From NCBI GenBank assembly GCA_009693165.1, contig SHXX01000004.1, positions 1,829 through 65,828 on the forward strand: a DNA stretch of 64,000 nucleotides. The letters are read 5' to 3'. The notes below the pieces were generated by a model that was not told where the DNA came from, made no database searches, and worked only from the letters and a program-made list of their open reading frames with translations. Source of the DNA: Chloroflexota bacterium (GTDB lineage Bacteria; Chloroflexota; UBA11872; UBA12225). Positions 18,815 to 28,708 of the stretch are shown one piece after another. The translations under genes and the position numbers were made by a program. Position 1 is the stretch's first letter. Each line of letters opens with the position of its first letter.

Positions 18815-19615
18815 TCACTCGGTCGTGGGGGCATCTCTCCCCGTAGCCCAGGCGTCGAGAACCTCCTGGGTTGACCCTCGCACGATGCTCCGCGATTTGC
18901 GCTTGTCGCGGTTTGAGTCGATGACGGTGTCGTAATTCGTGTGGAGATGCCTGACGTGTGCGATGACCGCCAGGCGGACGGCTTCGTCCTCGAGATCCTT
19001 CGCATCGGCAGTGCGTCCCACGCGTCCGCTGTACTTTTCGCATGCATGAGCGGCGATATCGGTTGCTTCCGCCCGTGGACACCCTGGATAGAGCAGGAGG
19101 ACGGCGGCGCGGAACTTCGCGTGGTACTCACGATCCTCAATTACTCGCCGCTGCGCCGCACGCTGGCGCGCAACGATGCGTTTGGCGCTATCAGCCTCGC
19201 ACTGCGCTTTGGCTGACACTAGTGCCCAGGGTTCCACAAGTGTGCCGCGACGTTCCCATCGCTTGGACCGTGGCGACCATCCGATCAGGACGCCCACGCG
19301 GCTTGATTGTGACTGGGCACGGCGTGTCAGTGCGACATCGCCTGACGGCACCACAGTGAGGTTGGCAAGATCCCCGCACAGGAGGCAGATCGGATTGCCT
19401 CGGTCGTCTTGCGTTACGAGCGTGTCTTCGGCAAGTCTTGTTGCGCACCGTCCGCAGGATCCAGACGCGCCGGATTTGGCAACCGCCGGAATGCCAGGTA
19501 GGTGTTCTGCGGGTGGTCGAGACGGTGTTGAAGAACCGCGTCCCACCGGCCGGCTCCGAGGCGATGGCCGGGGTGTCCGACCGTCGCTCACAGGTGTCGA
19601 TCGTTGCGTACGCAT
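18815..19615 (-). CDS. DUF2293 domain-containing protein
   Basis: CLLCGDL..PSGDVALTRRA, LYPGCP...HA...SGRVGR, LAVIAHVRHLHTNYD; start uncertain. Confidence 0.75.
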   Translation of the reverse strand: MRTQRSTPVSDGRTPRPSPRSRPVGRGSSTPSRPPAEHLPGIPAVAKSGASGSCGRCATRLAEDTLVTQDDRGNPICLLCGDLANLTVVPSGDVALTRRAQSQSSRVGVLIGWSPRSKRWERRGTLVEPWALVSAKAQCEADSAKRIVARQRAAQRRVIEDREYHAKFRAAVLLLYPGCPRAEATDIAAHACEKYSGRVGRTADAKDLEDEAVRLAVIAHVRHLHTNYDTVIDSNRDKRKSRSIVRGSTQEVLDAWATGRDAPTTE

Positions 19616-19733
19616 GTCGTCCGATCTGGAACGGGTCTGCCCGAGGAATGATCCAAAAAACCGGTTACAGACGCCGGTTCCAGTTCCGGATCCATCGCGA
19701 TTAGAGCTGTGATGTTCCCGCGCTGGTGGTTGA

Positions 19734-20636
19734 TCACTTCGCGTTCGGAAGCCACCCATCCCGGTCGTGCTTGATGCGGCGGAACGTTTGGCCGAGAACG
19801 TCGAGTTCTCTGGTGCCAAGGGCCGTTGCCGGGTTGGGCAGTTCACGGACCTGTCTTGCAAGGTCGGCCAGAACAGCTGATACCTCTTCGAGGCCCTTCG
19901 CGATGTTGTCGCGGTTTGTCACGCAGATGTCCCTGTGCATCGTGGCGTCGCCGCTGGCAAGTCGAGTGATGTCGCGCAAACCGGTTGCCGCGACTGGGGC
20001 CCAGTCCGCAAATCGGGCGTTCCCGAAGACCGCGTCAGACAGCGCGGTTGAGACCATGAACGGCACATGGCTTACTTTCGCTACCGCCATGTCGTGCTCA
20101 TCGGCCTTCATGGTGATTACCTTCGACCCGGCATCAGTGGCCAAGCGGACAACGCGATCTACGGACGCCGCACTCGCACTGATTGACGGAACCACGACCC
20201 ATACGCGATTGCGGAAGAGGGCAGTATCGGCGTGCTCGAGGCCGGCGGTCTCTCGCCCGGCCATCGGGTGACCTCCGACCCACTCCACGTTTGGGGGCAG
20301 AATGTCCCGCGCCCACTCCTCGACCGACGCCTTCGTGGACGCTACGTCAGTGACCACGGTCCCCGTTGACAAGTGGGGGGCAATGTCACGGATTAGTTGC
20401 CTTATGGCCAAGACAGGCGGTGCGAGGACTACAACGTCCGCATTGGCAACCGCCTCGGCGAGGGTGTCGGGTGCCGTGTCGACCAATCCTCTGGCGCGGG
20501 CAGCGTCGCGCGTTGCGCTGCGAGGCCCCCATCCGACGACGAAGTGACCGGCCTGTTTCCACGCCGCGGCCGCTGACGCACCGATCAGGCCAAGGCCGAT
20601 TACCGATACGCGGAGGCGGATGGATTGCGAAGACAT
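19734..20636 (-). CDS. tyrA: Prephenate/arogenate dehydrogenase
   Basis: IGLGLIG, TDVASTK, GGHPMAGRE, EHDMAVAKVSHVP, GLRDITRLA. Confidence 0.92.
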   Translation of the reverse strand: MSSQSIRLRVSVIGLGLIGASAAAAWKQAGHFVVGWGPRSATRDAARARGLVDTAPDTLAEAVANADVVVLAPPVLAIRQLIRDIAPHLSTGTVVTDVASTKASVEEWARDILPPNVEWVGGHPMAGRETAGLEHADTALFRNRVWVVVPSISASAASVDRVVRLATDAGSKVITMKADEHDMAVAKVSHVPFMVSTALSDAVFGNARFADWAPVAATGLRDITRLASGDATMHRDICVTNRDNIAKGLEEVSAVLADLARQVRELPNPATALGTRELDVLGQTFRRIKHDRDGWLPNAK

Positions 20637-20703
20637 CAGATCAGTTTCGTGAACATCAGCAAGCGAAGCAGCACAGCTCAGAGGTTGCCCACTGCCACCG
20701 TTA

Positions 20704-21039
20704 CTAGGCGTACTCGACGTGGTTGCCTGACTTGCGCCACACGTCGACGCCACCCTCAAGGTTGTAGAGGGTCTTCATCCCGACCGCCGCCGCCATTTCG
20801 CACGCAATCGCGCTTCGAACGCCTGCCTTGCAATAGAACAAGATGCTGTCGCCATCAAGGTGGGTGGTGGGGTTTGCAAGGAAGGTATTCAGTGGCACAA
20901 GCCGCGACCCGGCAATCTTGCCATCCTGGGCGATTTCCCGTGCCTCACGGACGTCAATGATGTGAACGCCTTCGGCCATAAGTTGCTTCGCGCGAGCAAC
21001 ATCCACACGAACAAACGGTTCACTTCCGCCACCTGGCAT
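20704..21039 (-). CDS. Single-domain rhodanese-like sulfurtransferase
   Basis: IIDVRE, GKIAGS..VPL, active loop YCKAGVRS, NLEGG..W. Confidence 0.88.
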   Translation of the reverse strand: MPGGGSEPFVRVDVARAKQLMAEGVHIIDVREAREIAQDGKIAGSRLVPLNTFLANPTTHLDGDSILFYCKAGVRSAIACEMAAAVGMKTLYNLEGGVDVWRKSGNHVEYA

Positions 21040-21121
21040 GGCCCGTCTCCCTAGCTCACTCGTTCAGTATTCGTGGGTTCGGGGGATGAAACCGGTCCCG
21101 AACCCGAGGTGAGTGTACGCA

Positions 21122-22018
21122 ATGCAGGCAACTATTGGCGGGGGACCGCGCCTCGGCGCGCACCTTAACGGTGGCATAAGCGGAGCGATTGACAGTGCGC
21201 GTCGCATTGGACTAGGGGTCGATGGTGCCCCCGGCGGTCCGATTCAGGTGTGGTCGCACAATCCAACGTCATGGCGGGCAAGTCGACCAAAGGACACGGT
21301 CATCTCGAAATTTCGCCAGGGGTGTATCGACCTTGATCTGGCGCCAGTCGTCACTCATGGGATTTATCTGATGAACTTTGCTTCGCCGGATGACGCCCTT
21401 CATGAGAAATCCATCAATGCACTCGTTGACCACCTTGAAGTCGGCGCAATCATCGGCGCTACGGCAGTGGTTATCCATCCTGGGTCCGGCGTGACGCTTG
21501 GCGTTGATGAGGCCGTGTCCCGATGTGCGCTGGCACTGCGGGACGCACTCGAACGCACTGATTCACTAGAGGGTCGACCACTGATTGCGCTTGAGACGTG
21601 TGCCGGTGCTGGAAAGACGATCGGCCGGACTTTCGCCGAACTTGCCGCAATCATCACCCAAGCCGGTACACACCCATCCCTCGCACTCTGTCTGGACACC
21701 GCGCATTTGTTTGGCAGCGGCTATGACCTCGCCTCTGAAGATGGGCTCATCGCGACGATTGCGGACCTGGACCGGCACCTGGCAACTACCAGAATCGTCG
21801 CGATCCACGCGAACGATTCCAAGGTGCCACTTGGGTCCCAGAAAGACCGCCATGAGAACATCGGAATGGGGGAGATTGGTGAGGCTGCTTTTGCACGAAT
21901 GCTTGCCCATCCCCGACTGCGAGACATTCCGTGGATCATGGAAGTGCCGGGAATGAGTGGCGAGGGACCAGATGCCGAGAACCTGGCGGTCCTTCGCCGG
22001 TTGGCTGCGCTTGCCTAG
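21122..22018 (+). CDS. nfo: Endonuclease IV (AP endonuclease)
   Basis: GAH, HGIYLMNFAS, IHPG, LETCAG, CLDTAH, HANDSK..KDRHENIG. Confidence 0.93.
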   Translation: MQATIGGGPRLGAHLNGGISGAIDSARRIGLGVDGAPGGPIQVWSHNPTSWRASRPKDTVISKFRQGCIDLDLAPVVTHGIYLMNFASPDDALHEKSINALVDHLEVGAIIGATAVVIHPGSGVTLGVDEAVSRCALALRDALERTDSLEGRPLIALETCAGAGKTIGRTFAELAAIITQAGTHPSLALCLDTAHLFGSGYDLASEDGLIATIADLDRHLATTRIVAIHANDSKVPLGSQKDRHENIGMGEIGEAAFARMLAHPRLRDIPWIMEVPGMSGEGPDAENLAVLRRLAALA

Positions 22019-22042
22019 TCGGTTTCAATGACCGATGCTCTG

Positions 22043-22546
22043 TCAATCCGTAGCGAGGCGATGCGTCGCGCGGGAAAAATAGAGAAGCGGGTTGGGGGAT
22101 GACGCAAGATCGGTGCCACACTCGACAACTTCACCGATCAGGATCACGTGTGTCGTCCCGCCGGGGTGTTTTGCGACCACCCGGCAATCGAGCCACGCGA
22201 GGCTGTTTCGAATCAGTGGCGAGCCTGTTTTGCCTGGTTCTACGCGCTCGCCCGAAGCGGCGAACTTGTCCTCTATTGATCCCTCCATGCCAGCAAAGAC
22301 CCTGAAGGTCCGTTGCTGATCCTGCGTGAGGACGTTCACGCTAAACGCGCCTGAAGCCTCGATGGCACCGAGTGACCTGGACCGCTGATCGACACAGACC
22401 AGGATGGTTGGCGGATCGGCCGAGACTGACGTAAACGAACTCGCCACGAGGCCCACGTAGCGGCCATCGTGTCCCGCGCCAACGACTGTCACACCGGTCG
22501 CCCACCGGCTCATCACCTCGCGGAATGCCTGCTTCACGTCGGACAT
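22043..22546 (-). CDS. Flavin reductase (HpaC/DIM6 family)
   Basis: FREVMSRWATGVTVV, SSFTSVSADPP, FSVNVL, THVILIGEV, PLLYF. Confidence 0.9.
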   Translation of the reverse strand: MSDVKQAFREVMSRWATGVTVVGAGHDGRYVGLVASSFTSVSADPPTILVCVDQRSRSLGAIEASGAFSVNVLTQDQQRTFRVFAGMEGSIEDKFAASGERVEPGKTGSPLIRNSLAWLDCRVVAKHPGGTTHVILIGEVVECGTDLASSPNPLLYFSRATHRLATD

Positions 22547-22693
22547 GTGGCGCCTTCTCTATTGAAGAAATTTCACGGTATCGAGGTGACCGCACGTTCG
22601 CACGATACCCCAACGGGCCTCCTTCAGTCAGTCCGGTCGTCAAACTTTGATACATCGAGCCCGCACGCCTGCTAACATAGAGGATACAGTACT

Positions 22694-22711
22694 TTGTGAA
22701 AATTTTCACAA
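22694..22711. promoter_or_regulatory. Rex operator (NADH/NAD+ sensor site) upstream of nadA
   Basis: TTGTGAA-AATT-TTCACAA is an exact match to the TTGTGAAnnnnTTCACAA consensus (20-bp perfect palindrome 22693-22712); just downstream of a TGcTAACAT extended -10 at 22670-22678. Confidence 0.8.
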
Positions 22712-22744
22712 AATCAAAGGCTACTCAGAAGGACGCCTACGCGA

Positions 22745-24007
22745 ATGTCAGCGGACCCCGTCACCGTCGCCATCCCAACTGGTGTGCTCGTTGCCGGCTC
22801 TCCCAAGGGGGGGTCAAGCCCGATTGTCGCCGCCGGCGACGAGGCGTGTGGCTACGAATACAGCTATGCCGACCTTTTCACGGAACGTCTCCGGGCAGCT
22901 GGTCAAGCAATTTCGACAGTGCAAGCGCCACTTCCCCCTGAATACATCCATATGTCACCCGAAGAACTTGACACCCGCATCTATCGCGCGAAATCAGTTC
23001 TGGGTGACCGCTTATTCATACTCGGTCATCACTACCAACGCGATGAGATCATCAAGTTTGCCGACGCCCGGGGTGACAGCTTCAAGTTGTCCCAACTGGC
23101 GGCGGCGAGGCCCACGGCTTCACACCTTGTGTTTTGCGGCGTGCATTTCATGGCGGAGAGTGCCGACATCCTCTCGGGTGCGAACCAGCAGGTCATCCTG
23201 CCAAACCTGTCGGCGGGGTGCTCGATGGCGGACATGGCTTCCACTGACGACGTATTGGCGTGTTGGGACCAACTGACGTCGGAACTTGGCGACGACCACG
23301 GGATCATTCCCGTGACATACATGAACTCGGCGGCTGCCCTCAAGGCGTTCTGCGGACACCATGGTGGGATTGTGTGCACGAGTTCCAACGCTCGCTCGGT
23401 GCTGAACTGGGCGTTCGAGCGTGGGCGTCGTGTGCTTTTCTTCCCTGATCAGCATCTTGGCCGGAACACGGCGCTTGCAATGGGCATCCCCATTGAGGAA
23501 ATGGCTTTATGGACGCCTGGCGCCTACCTCGGAGGTCAGAAACCTGAGGCACTGGAACGTTCTCGGGTCATCCTTTGGCGAGGCCACTGCTCAGTTCATG
23601 GTCGCTTCCGTCCCGAGCAGATCACAGCTGCGCGCTCATCAGACCCGGACGTCAAGATCATTGTTCATCCCGAATGCCCACGGGAGGTTGTGGACCGTGC
23701 CGATCACGTTGGCTCGACGGAATACATCATCAAGGTGGTTACGGAGGCTCCCAATGGGACGTCATGGGCAGTCGGCACGGAAATTCACCTGGTGAACCGG
23801 CTTCAGTCCGAATTGCCGGGCAAGCGCGTCGTCTGCCTGGACCCTGTGGTGTGCCCCTGTAGCACCATGTACCGCGTCCACCCGGCGTATCTTGCCTGGG
23901 CGCTCGACAACCTTGTTTCAGGCAATGTGGTCAATCGAGTTCAAGTCGACGAGACGGTCGCCCAATGGGCCCGGATTGCGCTTGACAGAATGCTCGCAGT
24001 GCCCTGA
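22745..24007 (+). CDS. nadA: Quinolinate synthase
   Basis: ILGHHYQ, FCGVHFMAESA, AGCSMADMA, YMNS, TSSNA, GHCSVH, HPEC, GST, CPCSTM. Confidence 0.96.
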   Translation: MSADPVTVAIPTGVLVAGSPKGGSSPIVAAGDEACGYEYSYADLFTERLRAAGQAISTVQAPLPPEYIHMSPEELDTRIYRAKSVLGDRLFILGHHYQRDEIIKFADARGDSFKLSQLAAARPTASHLVFCGVHFMAESADILSGANQQVILPNLSAGCSMADMASTDDVLACWDQLTSELGDDHGIIPVTYMNSAAALKAFCGHHGGIVCTSSNARSVLNWAFERGRRVLFFPDQHLGRNTALAMGIPIEEMALWTPGAYLGGQKPEALERSRVILWRGHCSVHGRFRPEQITAARSSDPDVKIIVHPECPREVVDRADHVGSTEYIIKVVTEAPNGTSWAVGTEIHLVNRLQSELPGKRVVCLDPVVCPCSTMYRVHPAYLAWALDNLVSGNVVNRVQVDETVAQWARIALDRMLAVP

Positions 24008-24084
24008 CCGCGCCCGGCGTACGTTCAGGGAGATGGGTACGCGTCACGACCGGTACCGGCGTGTGCCTCGACTCCTGACGACAA

Positions 24085-25365
24085 TCACGCTGACTTTTCA
24101 GTAAGCACCGGCGGGGATTCTGAACGGAATTCCAACTCGGGCTCCTGAAGACCAGCAATTGTGTCCGCGGTGACCGTAATCCGCTTGATGTCTCCCCGTG
24201 ACGGGACCTCATACATCACATCAAGCAGAACTTCCTCGATGATCGTGCGAAGTCCTCTGGCACCGGTACGCTGCTTGAGTGCCAGATCCGCGGCACCCTC
24301 GAGAGCTTCCGGTGTGAAAATAAGGTCAACCTTGTCGATTGAGAAGAACTTCTGATACTGCTTGATAATGGCGTTCTTCGGTTCCGTGAGGATGCGGATC
24401 AAATCGGCATGTACGAGCGACTTGAGCGAGACGGACACTGGCAACCGACCCACGAACTCCGGGATTAACCCGAACTTGAGGAGGTCATCCGTCATGATGT
24501 GGCGGAACAGCGAACCCTCGCCAGTATCGGCATTCTGAGCCTGGGAGGACTTGAAACCGATTGCGCGCGACGATCCGACGCGCGAACCGATTATCCGGTC
24601 CAACCCTTCGAATGCACCACCGCAGATGAACAGGATGTTCTGGGTGTTTATCTGAATGAAGTCCTGATGCGGATGCTTCCTTCCGCCTTGGGGCGGGACA
24701 TTGGCCACCGTACCTTCGATGATCTTCAGTAGCGCCTGTTGCACACCTTCACCCGAAACATCTCGCGTGATGGAAGGGTTGTCTGACTTGCGAGCAATCT
24801 TGTCGATCTCGTCGATGTAGACAATCCCGCGTTCCGCACGCGCGACATCGAAGTCGGCGGCCTGGATTAGCCGGAGAAGAATGTTTTCAACGTCTTCACC
24901 AACGTAGCCGGCCTCTGTGAGGGCGGTAGCGTCGGCAATGCAGAACGGAACATCGAGGATGCGGGCTAGCGTCTGGGCCATCAACGTCTTGCCAGACCCA
25001 GTGGGTCCGACAAGCAGGATGTTGCTCTTCTGCAACTCAACATCGTCAAGTTGCACGTTCGCACCAATGCGCTTGTAATGGTTGTAGACCGCGACGGACA
25101 ATACCTTTTTGGCCCGGTCCTGTCCGATCACGTACTGATTGAGAAGTTCATAAATCCGCTTGGGAGTGGGCACCCTTGACGCTGCAGCCCCCGCCTTTGC
25201 TTCAGGGTGAGCGGACTCTTCCTCAATGATCTCGCGACAGAGTTCGATGCACTCGTCGCAAATGTAGACACCACCGGGACCGGCAATGAGACGACGAACC
25301 TGTTCCTGCGTTTTACCGCAGAATGAGCAACGGTATTGCAGTCGACCGTTCCGTTGGCTCGCCAT
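24085..25365 (-). CDS. clpX: ATP-dependent Clp protease ATP-binding subunit ClpX
   Basis: CSFCGK..CDEC zinc finger, [26 protein letters not shown] loop. Confidence 0.98.
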   Translation of the reverse strand: MASQRNGRLQYRCSFCGKTQEQVRRLIAGPGGVYICDECIELCREIIEEESAHPEAKAGAAASRVPTPKRIYELLNQYVIGQDRAKKVLSVAVYNHYKRIGANVQLDDVELQKSNILLVGPTGSGKTLMAQTLARILDVPFCIADATALTEAGYVGEDVENILLRLIQAADFDVARAERGIVYIDEIDKIARKSDNPSITRDVSGEGVQQALLKIIEGTVANVPPQGGRKHPHQDFIQINTQNILFICGGAFEGLDRIIGSRVGSSRAIGFKSSQAQNADTGEGSLFRHIMTDDLLKFGLIPEFVGRLPVSVSLKSLVHADLIRILTEPKNAIIKQYQKFFSIDKVDLIFTPEALEGAADLALKQRTGARGLRTIIEEVLLDVMYEVPSRGDIKRITVTADTIAGLQEPELEFRSESPPVLTEKSA

Positions 25366-25554
25366 TCCCGATCCTTATGTTCCTCATTCTTGCCGACCCC
25401 GCCACGCGTTCCGACCGGGGATAGTGCGGTTCAAAATGCCCGGTTCCGTCCTGGCCAATGTCTTGGATGTGTGCAACGGACCTGCCACGCACCACCAGAA
25501 TCATTGACCCTCAGAACACTCCGGAGGCCATGATATTCGGTCTCGAACCGACCG

Positions 25555-26196
25555 TCAGGCGGCTGATGTTTCGTCCGCCGCCTTCGGAAGCTCAACCGCG
25601 TTGCTCGCAATCACGCCATCAATGATCCCGTATTGCACAGCCTGATCAGCGGTCATGAAGTAGTCACGGTCTGTATCGCGCTGAATGCGTTCCAAAGGCT
25701 GGCCGGTGTGAACGGACAGGATGTCATTGAGGCGGCTGCGGAGGCGCAAGATCTCGCGTGCCTCGATCTCGATATCGCTCGCCTGGCCACCGCGGCTGCC
25801 CTGCGCCCAAGGCTGATGCATGTGAATGGTGGAGTTGGGTAGCGAGTAACGCATTCCCTTCGTCCCGCCAGCAAGGAGCACAGTGCCAAAGCTCATCGCC
25901 ATGCCGTAACACATCGTTGAGATCTTGCACTTGCCAGAACTCGTGATGTATTGCATCGTATCGTAAATCGCCAAGCCGGCATAGATGCTGCCTCCTGGCG
26001 AATTGATGTATATCTGAATGTCTTTGTCGGCATCCTCGGACTTGAGAAGGAGCAATTGCGCGACCAGTAGGTTGGCAATCTGCTCGTCGATTGGCGTCCC
26101 GACGAAGACGATGCGATCCCGGAGCAACCGTGAATAGATGTCCATGCCGCGCTCGCCGCGCGGCGTGGTCTCGATCACGTAAGGAATGATGGCCAT
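25555..26196 (-). CDS. clpP: ATP-dependent Clp protease proteolytic subunit
   Basis: DIYSRLL, YINSPGG, GMAMSFG (Ser), MHQP (His), DRD (Asp); ATG 26196 after AGGAG. Confidence 0.96.
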   Translation of the reverse strand: MAIIPYVIETTPRGERGMDIYSRLLRDRIVFVGTPIDEQIANLLVAQLLLLKSEDADKDIQIYINSPGGSIYAGLAIYDTMQYITSSGKCKISTMCYGMAMSFGTVLLAGGTKGMRYSLPNSTIHMHQPWAQGSRGGQASDIEIEAREILRLRSRLNDILSVHTGQPLERIQRDTDRDYFMTADQAVQYGIIDGVIASNAVELPKAADETSAA

Positions 26197-26283
26197 GAAC
26201 GCTTGTCTCCTACACACCCGTTGCTCTCATGCCTAAAGCCACGTTCAAAACGCAACCCCTGATGACATGTGGGAAACAGTGTT

Positions 26284-27678
26284 CTATTCCGAGGGTGTCT
26301 CTTCAGCTTCCGAAAGGCCTTGACCGTCCCTGAGTTCGGAACTAGTCAGGGTCGTCGGAACGGGATACCCACCTACATAACCTACCAGTTTCTCTATCGC
26401 CTTGTGACGCAGGATGCTCGTGCTGATGCGTCGGCGCGAATCGGCACTGTTGAGCTCTTTGCGGACACGTGAACCGTCGGTTGGATAACTCGCGACGGTT
26501 TCGGTTACTTCCCGGTCGATTTCGCTCGTGTCAACCACAAGGCCTTCCCGTTCGACGATTGAATCAAGCAGGGTTCGGGCCTTGATCTGTCGCTCGGCCG
26601 CCTCATGCAGCTGCGCGTGCCAGCTTTCCTGAGTCTGTCCCGTCAACTGAAGATACCGTTCGACAGTCATGCGACGTCTGGCAAACGACTCGCGCTCTTC
26701 ATCTTCGAGATAGTGGGCCTCGAGTTCGATGAGCCGTGCGGGGATCTCGAACGTGGCACCGGCGATTGCTGCATCGACAACCTTGTTTTCGGTCCGGCTC
26801 CGTGCGTTCCGGATTGACTCAACGGTGAGGCGGGCACGGATATCCGTAAGGAGGTCCTCGAGTGTCTCGAACTGGCCCTCACTCACCGACTTCACGAACT
26901 CGTCGTCAACGACCGGGAGGGCTTGATGCCGCAACTCGTGGATCGTGACGGTGAACAGTGCCTCACGGGGTGCGACCTCGGTCTCCCCATCCTCACCAGT
27001 TCGAGGCACGGCGGGCCAGATCACGGCAAACTTCCGCGTGTCCCCGACGGCCATGCCATCGACACCGGAGTCGAAGCCGGGCGGGAAACCGTTCTTGCCA
27101 ATGATGATTTCGCTGCCCTTGCGCTCGGTGCGACGGTTCTCAGAGGTGGGATCGTTCTCAAGATCCATCACGATGTCCGCGATGACCATGTCATCAGCCC
27201 CGACGGTTCCATCCTTTGATTCCCACGTTGCGCGGCTCTCGCGCAATTGGGAAATCACCCGTTCCACCGCTTCGTCGGAGATGTCGATGACCTCAGGTTC
27301 GATCTGGACATTCGAGTACTCGCCAAGGGTGACTTCGGGCCGAAGTGCAACGGTTGCAGTGAAGACCAACGGCTCGCCGGGGTCTGCCTGGACCAGGGAA
27401 AGCTTGGGCCTCTCAATGGGAGAAAGTCCGAGTTCTTCAATCGCCTTGTCGTAGCTTTCCGGAATGAGGCGGTTAACCGCCTCCTCGTTCACGGCAGATT
27501 CACCGACTTGACGCCGAACGAGGTTTCGAGGCGCCTTGCCCCGCCGAAAGCCAGGAACGGATGTCCGTCCAGCAATCCTCGTCAGTGCCTTGTCCACCGC
27601 CGTGGTGAAATCTTCCGGAGGCAACTCGACGGTGAGCGTTGCGACTCCGGGTTCGGGCTTCTCAGTCGTGACTTTCAC
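26284..27678 (-). CDS. tig: Trigger factor
   Basis: VPGFRRGKAP ribosome-binding signature; tig-clpP-clpX synteny. Confidence 0.93.
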   Translation of the reverse strand: MKVTTEKPEPGVATLTVELPPEDFTTAVDKALTRIAGRTSVPGFRRGKAPRNLVRRQVGESAVNEEAVNRLIPESYDKAIEELGLSPIERPKLSLVQADPGEPLVFTATVALRPEVTLGEYSNVQIEPEVIDISDEAVERVISQLRESRATWESKDGTVGADDMVIADIVMDLENDPTSENRRTERKGSEIIIGKNGFPPGFDSGVDGMAVGDTRKFAVIWPAVPRTGEDGETEVAPREALFTVTIHELRHQALPVVDDEFVKSVSEGQFETLEDLLTDIRARLTVESIRNARSRTENKVVDAAIAGATFEIPARLIELEAHYLEDEERESFARRRMTVERYLQLTGQTQESWHAQLHEAAERQIKARTLLDSIVEREGLVVDTSEIDREVTETVASYPTDGSRVRKELNSADSRRRISTSILRHKAIEKLVGYVGGYPVPTTLTSSELRDGQGLSEAEETPSE

Positions 27679-27878
27679 AAGACTCTCTAACCCCGTTCAT
27701 GCGTCATGGGCACCGAGAAGTCTAGCACAGGGTGCCCTGCCCATCTGGAGGACAGGGCAGTACGACCAGGCGGGACATGTCGCCGTGGTATGTTGAGTTA
27801 TTGGCAGCGGGGGTAACATCGGGCGTGACAGTTCGAGTCCTTGCGCTTCTGCCTTGCGAATGAGGAGGGTGGGCATAC

Positions 27879-28619
27879 ATGGCATTTCTTAAACCGGCCG
27901 TGGCCGCGCGCGTGAAACAGCGCTTCGATGAAGAACTCGTCGGCGATGTTCGGCTCTTGACCTTCATTCAGCCGACGACGGGACTTTTCGTCCCCGGCCG
28001 TGCGGAAACCGACAACGGACGCCAGACGGAGGCTTTGCTGCGCGAGGTTGCGGAACTTTCAGACCGTATCCATGTCGAGGTTGTGAACCCACGTGAAGAC
28101 CCGGCTCGTGCATCCTTGCACGGTGTCGAACGCTTTCCGGCGATCGTCGTTCAGTCAGGGGAGACCGAAGGAGCGACCGGTTCTCAAGCGGCCGAGGAAC
28201 GTGGGCGCGTCAGGTTTTTCGGACTGCCTTCCGGCTACGAATTCATGACCTTGCTTGACACCGTAGTGAATGCTTCCCGGCAGGAGACGCGTCTGTCCCC
28301 GGCGTCAGTTGGTCTTCTTGACGCGATTATCGAACCGGTCCATCTCCAGGTGTTCGTGACGCCTACCTGACCTCATTGCCCCGGGGTGGCCAGTTTGGCG
28401 CACCAGATCGCAATGGCGAATACCAATGTGCGCGCGGACGTGATCAGTGCGAACGAGTTTCCGTCGTACTCTGCCCAGTTCGCGGTTCAAGCGGTCCCGA
28501 AAACCGTGGTGAACAAGGGTGGTGAAATCCTCGGGGCGAGACCGGAAGGCCGGTTTGTTTCCGAGGTGCTGCTCTCCCTGGGTATTGAACCCAACACTCC
28601 ACCAATGGAACCCCAGTAA
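27879..28619 (+). CDS. Protein disulfide oxidoreductase / AhpF-NTD-like two-domain thioredoxin; probable selenoprotein (Sec164, UPHC)
   Basis: In-frame TGA at 28368-28370 reads VFVTPT-U-PHCP, aligning with the VFVTPTCPYCP site of the family. The reading frame continues to TAA 28619. RFFGLPSGYEF and AVPKTVVN are conserved, and a SECIS-like hairpin follows the UGA. Confidence 0.85.
28374..28415 (+). promoter_or_regulatory. Bacterial SECIS-like element
   Basis: CAUUGC/GCAAUG lower stem, GGUG-GCCA / UGGC-g-CACC upper stem, apical GUU loop starting 22 nt after the UGA. Confidence 0.7.
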
Positions 28620-28668
28620 GGCCGCACCCTGCGCAAACGAGGGTCTCGTTGCTCACCTGTCAGTGCAC

Positions 28669-28701
28669 TGGGCGGAGATGGCGATACGCCGTCTCCGCCC
28701 A
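28669..28701. terminator. Stem-loop between the convergent thioredoxin-like gene and cimA
   Basis: TGGGCGGAGATGGCG-ATA-CGCCGTCTCCGCCCA, a 15-bp stem with one G-U pair; no U tract. Confidence 0.6.
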
Positions 28702-28708
28702 GGCCGTA

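Noticed and set aside
22558-22580. Second Rex-like site (TTGAAGAAATTTCAC) near the flavin reductase start
   Set aside because: Wrong spacing and a poor left half-site
27678-27879. tRNA or CIRCE element upstream of tig
   Set aside because: No cloverleaf with a TTC/CCA arrangement and no TTAGCACTC-N9-GAGTGCTAA match
28368-28370. Reading the in-frame TGA as a pseudogene or as two separate genes
   Set aside because: The stop falls exactly on the catalytic Cys position, both halves are intact and a SECIS-like hairpin follows, so Sec recoding is more parsimonious
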